In this document: one piece after another, positions 50,901-63,875 of the stretch
Position numbering within the stretch: position 1 is the stretch's first letter
Layout: each line of letters starts with the position of its first letter
Source of the DNA: Owenia fusiformis
Taxonomy: Eukaryota
Length of the DNA: 64,000 nt
Direction: 5' to 3'
NCBI GenBank assembly: GCA_903813345.2
Contig: CAIIXF020000001.1
Span: 6,262,001-6,326,000, forward strand
The notes under the pieces: generated by a model
The model's database searches: none
The model's input: only the letters and a program-made list of their open reading frames with translations
What the model was told of the DNA's origin: nothing
Program-made: the position numbers and the translations under genes

Positions 50901-53900
50901 ATGGCTTTCTTGGGGAGGTATTTACCATAGATATGCAACATGTTTCTATCATTCTCTGAAATACATAAACAATATCACTACTAGACACCCAGTGAGATTA
51001 TAGGAGGATTTCAAGATAAACAGAAAGGGCATTAACTGCAAAATTGTGAAGCTTCAATATCAAAATTACAAAAAATGAATTAAAAAAGGAAAATAAAACA
51101 TAAATTCGTAAGAAAATATGATACATAGTTAAGACGTGTGGGCATTATCTTTTATCACATGCTCTGTAAAATTCCAGTAATCTGATTGGTTGATTACCGT
51201 GTGAGTTTTCCCGTCTCACACGGCTGTCTCACACGTTACTAGAGTCAACCGGTGATGACGTTTCATATTTTGCCCATACAATATGACGTCATACTATTTC
51301 ACAAAAAGTACGAATACAACGGTATGACGTCATATTGTTTCAAAGCGAAATCAAAAAGTATTATAGTTACCAGGAGTACAGAGTACTGAAAACAATCATA
51401 ACTGACCAAATCAAAATGCCTCAAAATTCCTAGACATGTGATAAAATCGTCATCACACGTTTCAGCTTATGTGATACATGAAATATTCCACTCGGGTAAC
51501 AATGTATCACCACTCAAGCTTCGCTTTCGTGGATGATACAGTATTACCTTTCGTGGAATATTTCCTGTATCACATGCTGAAACGTGTGATAACTGATAGT
51601 ATTACCTGGGTCAAAGATTTTCAAATCAATCTTGGGGGATGTGTCAAAGTCCAGTTCACCTAGAGTAGTAGTGGTATATGGAGTAACATTTTCAAGCTCA
51701 AAGTGGTAAGATGAATCCTTGTTAGCCATTCTACCTACTAAATTCATTGTCTTCACAGGGGAAAGCAGCTATAAAACAGATATTATTCAAAAATCAACTT
51801 TAAAAAAGGAATACTATGCTCAACTAGAAAACTACTGAACTTGCTTCATATTTGATTGATAAAGAATAAAACAACCCATTTAAAATTATCAATTCAAATA
51901 GCATTTCGATCGACCAATGTTATACACCACATGCATATCAAGTCCTAATGTATGGCAAACTAAAATAGAAACTTAAAAACTGAATTGTTCTTATCATTTG
52001 CAAAGATTACCTGTAAATCGAGCTCCTTCTTTACTTTGTCGATTTCTCCCCTGAGATAAACGACCTTATTTTGTCTTCTTGTCGTCAGATAAGACACACT
52101 TGCTCCAGTAGAGAGTTTGTCATTTACGGATGCTACATGGCCGACCATGTCAATGTCAAGCAGAGAAACTGGGTGTTTCAGGCCGAACTGCAAGGTGTAG
52201 TTCATGTTGGGCGCAGCCTCCGTATTGGCAAGTTTGCCTGATGCTTCAACCTTCTCTCTGTCGCACTCAACCACCACATTGGCCAAATAGTTGCAGTTAT
52301 CTTTGTCCAATGTCAGATCACTTGTCACAGTAACTCCCTGAAATTTAGTCATATTGACGATTACATTTCTTAAGTACAGATTCATTTCAAACATGAATAT
52401 TCACAAAAATGGTTTAGTTTGAAAAATATTATGCTCAAATATAATAGCATAAAAAGATATTATTCAATGGCTACTGGCTTTATTATTATTCAGGTATAAA
52501 TATTTAGAATTGCTTGACTGTGTTGGCGTGCGCCTAATCAATATAAGATAATTATTGACAAAATGATTTTTCATTTTAATGCATACCTCTTGAAGGAAGG
52601 GATGTGTGATGGTAACTTTGCCATTGTGTTGTACTCCCCTTGTCTGGTAATCAGATTTGAAAGTCATCTTCTTGCTTGGATCGCTCTCAGCATCCCACAT
52701 GAAGGAAACGTCAGAAGTCTTCTTATTGCTGTCAGTTGTGTGTTCAAAGTCGAGGGCTACAGTCCTTGTTGGAAGCATCACTTTACCACTAGTCTTCACT
52801 CCTGATCTGAGTTTGGCCCAATCTAGTTCATAACCCCCTTTAACGGCCATGATGTCAAAGTCGCCCTTGTTAGATAAACCCTTCCTGCTGTTCTCAAACT
52901 CAGCATGCAGTTCGTGTTTTGGTTCATCAAGGAATGGTGTGAATGCTTTTATATCTGCAAGGTGTGATGTTCTAAAGCGATTACTGTTGTCCTTATAAGT
53001 ATATTCTACTTTCATGTTTAAGTCCCGCTTGTTCTTATTTAGATTTACATAAACTTGACCAGTTTTTTCTTTACCCAGGTCTTTTAATTCAAACTTGCCC
53101 TCCATTTGGTAAGGCTTAAGCAGTTGAATATCCACAGCGTGTTTCTTCTCTGTTTCCTTGTCATATTTGCTTTCAAGGTGGAGGTATTTTTGGTCGTTAC
53201 GAGAGAATTCTATGGTGTTGTCAACATTGTCCCAGGAATGCTTGTGGTCTATGCTAAGCTCTGCATTGCGTACTATTTCAAATGGAGTTTCAAGTTTCAT
53301 AGTAGTCATAGCTTCCTTCTTGCCCCACCAGGAACCGCTATGTTTCACTGCACTCTCCCAGTTGATTTCCTTCCCTAAGTCGTATCCAATCGATGCTTTG
53401 TTAGTGAAGTCATTGAGGTCGCCATCATGCTCTATGGAAACCTTGTTCTCCTTGAACCTCTGGAATGGTGTTTTCACAACAAGTTCGCTCTTGATACCTT
53501 TTGGAGTTTTTGTATGGTCGGCTTTTATGTTGATGACTTTGTTTGGAGCATATCGTACCTCGGCATCAGTAGAGAAACGTCTCAAGTCACCATGGTGGTT
53601 AAACCTTGCTGATACGTCATTAATGTTTAGAGGCGAAGTAAATGAAAATGATCCTTCAGTCCTTTGAGCCTTTTTGAACATGAGATCAAATTCAATCTTT
53701 TTAAGGATGTTACTATCTATTTCCAAATGCTCTCCAAAGTCTTTCCAGCTAGCAAGGTTAAGCTTATTTAAGAACTGTATTTTCGTTTCGCCACCTGGAC
53801 CACTTGAGATGAAGCCAGAGCATTCATAGTTGTTGGGGGAAACTTTTTTGTGGGCATATTTGAAAGAAACGTCCTCTAGCAGCTTATATTTTGTGTCGAT

Positions 53901-56900
53901 GAGGAATTGATTGTTGCATTCAATAATGAAGTTGTGGATATCTCGAACATCTGATTTCAAGTTAATAACGAGGTCCCTGTTGGTGAATGCTTGGGGGAAT
54001 GTTGATGTGTATGTCAAATCGAAGTGTTTGGGTACTCCCTCGAAGGTAAATGTGCTTTCCCCTGATAACTTTGGATAAGGTGTGATTAGTTTGAAATGAG
54101 ATCGAATATTTTCTAGATTACTCGTATCTTGTTCATGCTCGAATGAAATGCGACGTGACAACAAATTATGATTCAAAATAGCTTTTACATTGTAATTTCT
54201 TAATGGTCCCGTGTAATCAAAATTAAGGAGGGCCGAACTCATGGCTTCAAACGGACTTGTAATCTTTGATTTAATTTTGATATTCTGAGTAGAGACACTC
54301 GACTCCAATTCAGTTGAAATTGGACTCTTGAGCATATTGTGGTCGATTGTTACTTTAGATGTAAAGTCACTTAACTTCCCATCTAGGAAAACACTGAGCA
54401 AAACATTTTTCATTTCCTTGAATGGACTCTTAACCTCTAACCGTGCCTTTATCGGACTGGTTTCTAATGATGAAGTGACTTCAATTTTCTTTGATGGTGC
54501 ATATTCTACATTGATTTCTGAGTTCCATGCACGTCCGTCCTTCTTATGTGTGGCGCTGGCTATTATTCGCTGGAACCTATTAAAGGTGCTGGTAAATCTC
54601 ACTTGACCATACATATCTTCAATGGATTGTATTTTTAGCTCCGAATCGATGTTGACCTTGGTGTTCGGGCCCAATTTCATTTCACCTTTTGTCGTGTAGG
54701 TATCCCTGATCTTCTTGTTCGTGATTTCGAGATTAACAAACTCAAACTTCTTAAAAGGACTGGTGAACTGCATCTTTCCCTCTACGTCAAAACCTTGGTT
54801 TTTGGCGAGCTCAGTCTCAATTTTGATCTTCCTATATTCATCAAGCTGGTGTGATAATACTAGAGACGAGTCGAAGGTCAGAGCACGTCGATAATCATGC
54901 TTATGTTGTAGGGCTACAGATACTGCTCTAACAGGTTTGAAGACTGTTGTCAGATCCATTTGTCCATTTAAACTGACTTCCCTTCTCTTATCGATGTCTC
55001 CATTGAGTTTAAAGCTGACTTTTTTCTCACGGCCAACAATGACATCTAGAAGCGTATCGATACTGGCGTCCTGTACATTTAGCTTATGGGCAACTTTTAT
55101 TTGGTCGTAAAATGGCGTCGCTGCAGTTACACTTCCCTGAACATTAATCAATCCACTGCCTGGATATAGTAGGTCCACGTTAATGACCGATTTCTGATTG
55201 ACTCCCCAAAGTCCTGAGATTTCACCTGAAAACTTTGTTTTTTCATATCGAACTGTGTATGAAAGTTCGTTCTTTTCGAATCCCCGATGACTTGTGGTCA
55301 AAGCAGCCTTTGCACGATAGTTCCCATAAGAATAGTAACCTCGTGCATTTTTGGTGCCATCTAAGTTGAACTTTGCAAAATTGTTACCATACTTTGTGTC
55401 TACCTCGACATTTAGGGAATTAGGAGTGAGTGAATGGTCGTAAGAGAGTTCCAAAGGATTTAGTTGACGGATGGGAATAGTGATTGTTATGTCTCCCCGG
55501 ACACTCTTCCAAGTACGTCGCCTCTCAAGGTCCACATCAAATCCGAATTTCTGTCTCGGAAGCTCAAATGCACCGTTTGTTTTGATTGTATCAGTGGTTT
55601 TCTCGTAGCCAACCTCTGTTGTCATAGTTTCAAAATTGGGGTAAGGTGTCCTGATTGTGATTTTGCCATCAGCTTTGCTGCTGTGATACCAACTACTATG
55701 TTCGTAGCCAAAATCTGACGTGACAGCAAACATTTTCCTCTCACCATCCCAACTAATTCTTGTGTCAGCAATATGTCGTCCGTCTTTGACATCCTTGTGG
55801 TTAATTACCTTAATTTCCTGCCCTGGATACTTGAGTGTCAGGGAAACATCATGATCAACTAGAGAATTGTATCTGATGCTTCCGTCAATGTTGGCATTCT
55901 TTCTATCCCACCAGACACCTGCCTTTACATTATGCGTGGTCCCCCTTTGAAGCACATCGACGTTTCCTCTAAATGATCTCTCTGGATACTTAAGGGACAC
56001 GTCAGATTTGAAGGCACATGGTCCACCCTTGCAGAGGTTGGTCTCGTAAGAGAAGTCCGTTTCATACCCCTTTCCATCATATATTCCTCCTAGGTTTATA
56101 CTAAAGTCTTTCAAATTTGGTTTCAGCTTGCCCATAAGTTTAATATCGCGACCAGGGTAAGAGGTTGAAGTGATGGTCGAATCTACAGCATGCTGATCTC
56201 CAGATTTTTGGTAGGTACTAGAGATGGAAGCTTCTTTTCCTTTCTGCCATTGTCCAGTGACGATATGCTTGAACTGGCCTGGCCTTTGCCTTTGCAGGTC
56301 ATGCACAATTCGCATCTCTCTTCCTGGATATGTCAGCTTCACGTCTCCAAAGACTTTCATGTCATCAAGATTGTATTCAATTGAACTGTCAATGCTTCCT
56401 TTCTTTCTTGGAGTCAAGGCAAAATCTAGCTTGGAGTCCATCTTGTCACCCATTTTCTTGTGTTCAAATGAGAATGAGCTATCGATACCCTGTTGGTGAG
56501 GAAACATGTATTACGTGAATCATTTGGATGGAACAATTACTACAATAACAATTCACAATGACGAAAATTTGGAAGGAAGCTTTGTAAGAAGACTAACTTC
56601 CATATTCGTGAAAGGGCTCTTTGCCTTTTTATGAAAATGGAATTTAGCCCCATATTCCCTGGTTTGCCTCATTCCCAATGAAAACTCATAGAAAAGTATG
56701 AATTGAAATAGTACTATTCTTGTTTACCAAATCTAATGATAGTACATGCATTTTAAGAGAATGGCGGTATTAATATGGAAGTTTTACACGAAGCTTATGG
56801 TTAAGGATAAAGTTCACAAAATATAGCCTATGAACAAAATTTGAATTGCCTTTATTCTTACCTTTGATGCGCATTTGACGTTGCATTTCCCCGTCATCCC

Positions 56901-59900
56901 TGTTAGTATGCCCGATGGGTGTCTGGTAAACTCAAATGAAGATATCATTTTCTTTGCTTTTGCTCCGTATTTAACTTCAGCACTTCCTTTCAGGTTAGTT
57001 GGGTTATATTCAGATGAAACTATGTACCCAACGTTGTACTCAGGGTATTGCGATATAACGCTGTTTCTGGAAATGTTCAGGGGATATGTTCATATTAAAT
57101 GATACACAAAACTCCCTCGAGAATGTACTTTTATTTTTTGATGAAATAAAAATTTGAAAATAGATTCAAAGCAATGAGTTTCTACTCTTAGTAACAATTA
57201 ATAAATATACTAACCCTGTTGCGGTATACTTTGTGATTTTGGCATTGTTAATTGTCTTGAGCTTTCCTGCAAATCTGACATATTGTTTGCCTCCACGCTT
57301 ATCATCATAGTCCATCTTGACGTCCATAGACTTGAGACCTTTTCTGGAATCACTGCTGATCTTATTGGTGAGTTTACCATTGAAGTACGGGGAGTTCACA
57401 TCAAGTACACCGTTCAATTCGTACATGCCAAGTTTGACTTTGGCAACCTTAATCAGTTCACCTGAATAATAGTTAGTATAGGCATATATATTATAAGTAT
57501 ACGCAGGTTGTTAATTTGCTTGTGCTTTTCAAACGATATTGATCCTTCATGCTTTTGGATTTCTTTATTGTACAGTACTAATTTTAATCTCATCTATAAA
57601 ATTGAAATTATGTTTTTTGGATTCCTGGTTACTTTATATTTTTATGAAATGTCAAACTGTAAAGAGAGCTACTGTAAGTGATATTTTTATTATAAGGTGG
57701 CAAGATATTGTACCTTTGACGGTTATTGCTTTCTTGTTTGGCATATGTAGTTCAAAGCTTGGCGTGTATGTGACTGTGGCGCCCTTTATTGTAGTTTGCA
57801 TCTCAGATGAAACAGCGTATCGTTTAGTCTCATCTACCATAGCTTCCAATGCAATTCTTTTTAGGTCGGGTTTGTTCACATATTCACCTAGTAGAACAAA
57901 ATGTGATTTCATACTTTATTCTGAATAAGAATTGGGTTTGTTTCGATATCAGCTTCAATCTTCAACTTAAAAAAGTATATTCATAATGAGAATGGGCTTG
58001 ATCGTGAATGTACTGTAGACACATTACTTCTAAATGAAATTTTACAAATATTGATAGATAAAGCAAAATGTGTTCCGTCTGCTATATCCCTTACCATTTG
58101 CATCTAATTTTTTCCAAGGTGATTTCAAGTTGAGACTGAATGCTTTGTCCTCTGGTTTGTAAATGAGCTCGGTAGAGAGATGCCTATCAGCCTGGGACCC
58201 TGGTGTGTTAAATGACAGCTTTGTCACATAGGTATCTTTGGCGGATTTACCACTTCCTTCCTGTAAGGATACATAGGAATTACTTATTATCAAGTAAGAT
58301 GAATAAGATGATATACATGTAAATGTAAAATAAAATACAGTCGATCCAGAAAAGCCCTGTTTCTTTATTAATTGAATAATGAGCTACAAAAATAAGGTAA
58401 ACACACTCTTCCAAATTTCACTAAAAATGTTACACTTGACTTTTAAAGTATTATATACAAGAAAAGCAGTTTATCCTTTCTTATGTATATTAACCTTTTG
58501 TTTTGAGAAGCCTGCTTCCATCTCGTATGATGTGTGTGTGTCTCGTTTGTTCAAGACCAGGGTGAAGGTCTTAGGTCCAGTAAGGGGGAAGTATGGAGCC
58601 TCGTCTACCATAGAAGCATTGGCATAGCTGATCGTGGAGCAGAACTCAATACCCAAAGCATCTACAAGGGTCGACCCCGTGCATCCTTCCTTCTCTACAC
58701 GACCGCTGGTCACCATCTTCTGTTCACGGTCCCCATCAGAGCTAAGTATGTAGAACCTTGTCCTGAAATTCATTCGTGATCAGATATTATTGATATGTTT
58801 TGTTGGTTAATCCTAATATGGCCCGTTTCTCTTCCCCAGGTATAATTGTCAATTCTTTGGGGCTTACTGACCTTATTTGACAATGATGAATATTAATCGA
58901 GAATAATGAATTACATGCACGTCACTAAATAAACCATCCGATAACAATTTATCCCAGATGAAATCCCCATTTTTAAACACAGAGTCAAAATAATCTAAAC
59001 TTATGATTAAGAGCTAAAAGCCGAAATTGATATATAAACCTAGTTTTGACTTACTTTACATCTAGGACTTCAATTTTGTCTTTAGGCATATCGACTTTTA
59101 CATTCAATAGTTGGCCATTCTGCAATTCTATCTTTCCCTCTGCATATGTACTGGAGTGGAGTGTTGAAACCACCCTCAATCCCGTCTTTGTAACAAATGC
59201 ATCAACGCCCATCGTGCTGGATACTTCAACAGCTCCACTGCAATATAAAATTGTGTAAATGTTTAGGAAAGATAAAGACAAGTTGGGAGGAAAGTTCAAG
59301 GAAGTTGTCTCAATTTTACAATGATTTTTTGCTCTCATCATTCAGTGCCTATTTTCTAAAAAGCATTTCCGACTTTATGTATTGTTAAAACTTTTTAGAA
59401 ATATAAAAGGTGTCCCCCAGTCTATATTTGATTAGGTATTTCGACTTTTCAGAAAAATTGACATTGTACTGGAAGGATTGGCAATAGTTTTGAATAGATC
59501 GCTTCTAACATTTTACAATTTCTTTCCTCTCTTATTCCTATCATCATGACAATGAATACAATGTGCAATGTTTACAACACTCAACACGATTCCATACCAC
59601 ACTACTAAAGACCACTCAAGCAATCATTTGGTTTATTTTTCATCTATGTTATGATGATTATGAACAAACCAGCTGGAACAAACCTTGGTTTGACGAAGCC
59701 ATCAATGTCGAATTTAGGGGGGAACGTGAATAGTTGCCTGATATCGACCTTGCCTCCCACTTTCAAGTTGACAGTCGCCGTGCCATTAATTGCCATTTTC
59801 AATGGAAGACCAGTGACGGTTGGAATACAATGTGTAGAGTCTAGGAACATCATACTCTTGGTGAACTCGTATGTGTTGTCCGAAGCAAGATTGATAAGGA

Positions 59901-62900
59901 AGTCGAGTGGGTTGAATTTCCCCTTGGCAGAACTGTCCAGAGATGCATATCGGATCTCGTTGCCAAACAACCTCATGTAAGCAGATGCTTTAGCCTCAGG
60001 GGCGACAAAGTCATACTGAAAAGTGACAAATGTAATAAATTATTCTCACTTTCAATACCTCTACTCTTCTATAGCTTTACTATACAAAAGTCCAGCTTGC
60101 GTTTTGTTTGTAATGACTATTTCATATTTTATATATCGTATGATCCGTCCGGATGTTAGTAATATCATAATCTGATGATATATTTCGAATAGTACTCACT
60201 ATACGTAAATGTAGTGACTGTATATTCGAACACTATATCAAATTGTGTGTACGCATCATAATACGATATTATGCAAAGCTTACCCTGTCTTCTACTTTGT
60301 TGATTTTCTGTGGTCGGATGGCATCACGTTTGTTCCTTCGTGGTCCAATATCAGGAATTTTATTACTTAAATATCCCTCAGGTCCAAACATTTGCTCCAA
60401 GAAATGCTGGATACCCTCTGCTCTTGCGCCGACCTCGAACAGGTTGACTGATTGACCGAACATATCAACAGTAAGATTCAACATGGCAGACCTGGGGAAG
60501 AAGGACTTCTGGGACCAAATAATGTTGGATTCTAAGTTGGCTCCTGTGTTAAGCATCTCACTGAATAATGATAATTCAATGTTTCTTGAAAACTTCCTCT
60601 TGTCCATATCAAAGCATTTCTTGAGGAGTTCATCTTCCACAATAGAACGTATGTCCTGTTTATATGGAGCCGATGTTTCCATGAGGTTTGTAAGATGAGT
60701 CCACACAAATGAACCCACTTGGTTGACTGTCTCTTCTTCTAAGATGGACCTGATAGCAATAAAAGCAAACTGTTTAGATAAGTGTCTACTGACATAAATG
60801 TATATTGTTAATTTATATGGAGTAACCCACCTCCAAAATACCTGGTATCTCAAAAACCTAAAATATGCTACCATAAACAATGTTCACCTAATTCAAAACC
60901 TGCTTTGGTATGTTAGTAAGTAAACTTATCACCTGCTTTTAGTTACCGAAAACTCTTGGTTGAATAAAACGAGCTGAATAAATGTCACTTGTAACAAATA
61001 AAATTGTCACAAAAAGGACAGATTGATTAATACCTATACCAGACCTGATATCTTGCATCATGCTTGGGGTGGGGCATTTCATCATCATTAGGTAGGCTCC
61101 TATGCGCACTTCTGAATCAAGCTGGGCGTCACGGAAGATATCCTTCAAGCTGTCGAATCTCACCTCCTAAATGAAATGAACCAAATTATTTAAAACCCTG
61201 TTATCATTTCCTAAAGTAGTCTCACATGAACAACTAAATAAAATCTGAAAAGTATCCTGTGGTAAACCAGAGGCATATATTTTACATGTTTTATATGTCT
61301 CTGGGTAAAAGTGTTTCAAATCGAAGAGGATTTAAAGCATTGTTATTATGAATTGAAATCAGCATATGCTTTTTACTGATTTGGTTAGCCATCGTAATTT
61401 TCATTGACTCACATTTTCATGACAAGGCATCCGTCTGAACGCCTCCATGGCCGCAAGTCTGACTGCGATTGGGAGGTCCCTGTTGGCCACGCATCTGTTC
61501 AGGTTAGCTGGTCGAAGACTGATCCCTATGTTACCAATAGATTTCAAAGCCATGATAACCTACACAACAAAAATAGAGAATTCAAATACTTATTAATACC
61601 TGATATGTATTAATACTATGTGTACTTTTGGCCCCTGAGATACCTTGAGGTACAACATGTAAATGTGAAGTATACAATAAAAGAAGAAATTTTCATATTT
61701 AGACGAGTGCAGTTATACCTTATCTTCAGTGGCTGGAGTCACCTTACAGTTGTAGTTGAGCATTTTCTCAAACACTTGCACGATGGCTCTGACATTAGGG
61801 TCTTCCTCACAGGTCGGGTTGTGCTTGCAGTGGCTGAATGCCAGTGTTGAGACGGCTAACATGACATTGTGGCTTGGCTGAGGCACATCTAGTAGCTCCT
61901 GTCATGTGAATATTGCCATTAGAAATATCTCAATGTATTTTATGTAGCTATGTATAGGTAGTTAGTGTTATTGTACCTTAAATGTATATATACTATGTCA
62001 ATCCCAGGTTATTCCCAATTCTTTTCATCTGACTTGGAGATGTTACTATAAACTTATTGATGAATTACCTGGGTGTCAAACCATCATACTTCTACTTATC
62101 GGGGAGGTTTCTGAAATGTTTGACACAAGTATCAAGTTATTTCTACTCTACCTTAAGTTCCCCCAACATCTCAGATGTTGGTTTGGGAATAAGTGACATC
62201 ATAGTTAACCAGATGGAAGTATATTCCTCAACCTCATTGCTTGCAATCTTTTTCTTGATTAACTTTACAGCGGCAGTTGTTCCAAGAAGTGGGATAGCCT
62301 CGTGCATGAATGTCCTGAAAATGCCAAGATATTTCGTTATGCGACTACTGTTTTATGCGTGTAATCGTTTAAAGTTTTATGTGGTATTGTCGACAAACAT
62401 CTCACTACCTGAATGTCCTGAAAATGCCAAGATTTCGTTATGCGACTACCGTTTTATGCGTGTAATCGTTTAAAGTTTTATGTGGTATTGTCGATCTGCT
62501 ACGATCATTAACAACTTACTTTGCCTTGGAACAAGGGTTTCTCGAGGCCCTGTTAAGTACACTCTCCAGGGAATCGGCCCCCAATTGCCTCAGTTTGTAG
62601 ACCAACTTCGAGAACAAAAATGGAACCTCTGGTCTGATTTCATCTGATGATTTGTCACAAAGGTCTCTGAGAATGCTCTCGGCGTCTCGCACATTCGAAG
62701 ACTCAACCTCGGGTGCTTCAGTGTGGCTGAATTTCAGATTTGTCCTCTTTACAATGTTGATGCTGTCTGGAAAAGTATTGTTAACACATTTAGAATTATA
62801 AGCTTACAGTAAGACTGAATATATGAAAATGACACACTAAGTTACACCGGCTTGGTCTCATGCCTGCAGGTTGGTAGTCCGGTAGAAAGCCGAAAAATTG

Positions 62901-63171
62901 GATGAAGAAAATGAAAAGAGACAAACTGACTTCGACCCAGGCCATTTATCCGATAATACCGTTTAAACTTACCAAGTGGTGTTCTTCTGCTTCGGAATTC
63001 TCTGGTAAATTCCAGAACTTGAGTACTTGTAGTAACTGCGCCACTTTTCTCATTGGAGAATGGTCTAAACATATGCATTTCCTCACATGCAGTCTTGACA
63101 AGCTTGCCGTATGCGTCTATCATCTGCTCGCATTCGTGAGTGCTCTTCAGAATTGGCATTGACTGCAGTGG
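44910..63171 (-). CDS. Apolipophorin-like large lipid transfer protein (Vitellogenin_N/LLT module, long beta region, VWD, C8), 5'-partial, ~3,555 aa visible
   Basis: 31 in-phase GT-AG exons (minus strand): 63171-62973, 62766-62520, 62314-62152, 61898-61719, 61559-61413, 61166-61045, 60749-60284, 60015-59684, 59237-59055, 58762-58495, 58260-58095, 57887-57714, 57461-57215, 57066-56862, 56489-52587, 52337-52011, 51768-51606, 50955-50771, 50580-50357, 50159-49928, 49724-49625, 49509-49295, 49181-48788, 48555-48344, 48199-48025, 47873-47641, 47338-47188, 47078-46896, 46442-46068, 45871-45537, 45071-44910. Motifs: ALKSIGNIG, DSEVRIGAYL, NQVGSFVWTHL, RKFSRNIE, FPRSAMLNLT, IPTVTGLPL; VWD HYMTFD..CSYLLAHD..GLFGTYD. 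The start codon lies beyond the window. Confidence 0.93.
45268..45485. mobile_element. PIF/Harbinger-type MITE
   Basis: TTA|tgccttggtcacat..ccgat..ggccgg..cccggccgattgca ... tgcaatcgaccggg..ccggcc..atcgg..atgtgacctaggca|TTA, a 3-bp TTA target duplication. Confidence 0.85.
46532..46837. mobile_element. Two-module palindromic non-autonomous element (unclassified)
   Basis: Palindrome 46532-46668 with apex gacGAAgtc (46596-46604), followed by a module bounded by ttatcgtgtgatc (46673) and gatcatacgataa (46825-46837) that contains ccaatcag. Confidence 0.7.
51152..51593. mobile_element. Two-module palindromic non-autonomous element (unclassified), opposite orientation to 46532-46837
   Basis: Module bounded by ttatcacatg (51152) and catgtgataa (51435-51444) containing ctgattgg, then palindrome 51449-51593 with apex aagcTTCgctt (51516-51526). 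Confidence 0.7.
62307..62493. repeat. Tandem duplication (~85 bp) of an intron 3' end including the splice acceptor, with an 18-nt filler between copies
   Basis: tgaatgtcctgaaaatgccaagat..ttatgcgactac..gtggtattgtcga at ~62307-62393 and ~62410-62493. Confidence 0.9.
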
Positions 63172-63375
63172 CTGCAAGGGGAGTCATCATCTTAGTTTTC
63201 AGTTACAGAAGTTAAAAAGAAAGTAGAAGGGATGGGGACTGTAATGTTGGGAGCAATTTTAATGCAAATAATTCCCTTATATCCTTTTTATATTTCCAGA
63301 AAAGGTAGTGAGATGTTTGTTGAAATTAGAAGATCGAAGATGCAAAGATATCCATATTAATTAGAATTGATAAAA

Positions 63376-63875
63376 GGCTTTGTATAAAAAACCTCCTACC
63401 TCATACCCACCTACCCACCTACGTAGAACATGATACAGTCATTGAAGGGTTCAATTTGAAAGATTATTAAATCTCAAAATAGCTCAAATTATTAACATTT
63501 CTACAATTCCGGTTTTATTTTATGACTACAGAGATGACAGATCCATAAATAAAGGCATATGGATGCATTTTAATGTGTAATGACCCGAGGGCGCCCCAGG
63601 GGAATAAATAACTTACGACCGCGAGCAAAGATCCAACAAGCCAGATAAAGAAATTGATAGAAAGTGTTCTAAATTCGATGCCCCTTGTGGGAATCGAACC
63701 CAGCTGGGATGTAGTAGCAACTTGCTATCAAGGGTCATTACAGATGCATCTATAGTTCATCATAAACTAAGATTTAATAAACTAAGATCTTTAAAATCGA
63801 ACCCTTCAAAGACTGTATCATGTCCCACGTACGTGGGTAGGTGGGTATGAGGTAGGAGGTTTTTTATACAAAGCC
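63376..63875. mobile_element. Mutator (MULE)-type MITE
   Basis: ~90-bp TIRs beginning ggctttgtataaaaaacctcctacctcatacccacctacccac, with a perfect 9-bp target duplication ttgataaaa (63367-63375 and 63876-63884). Confidence 0.88.

Noticed and set aside
30567-63171. Functional oocyte-maturation cluster (TRPC + progestin receptor + lipoprotein)
   Set aside because: Adjacency alone is weak evidence in an animal genome; no shared regulatory signal seen and synteny cannot be tested here.
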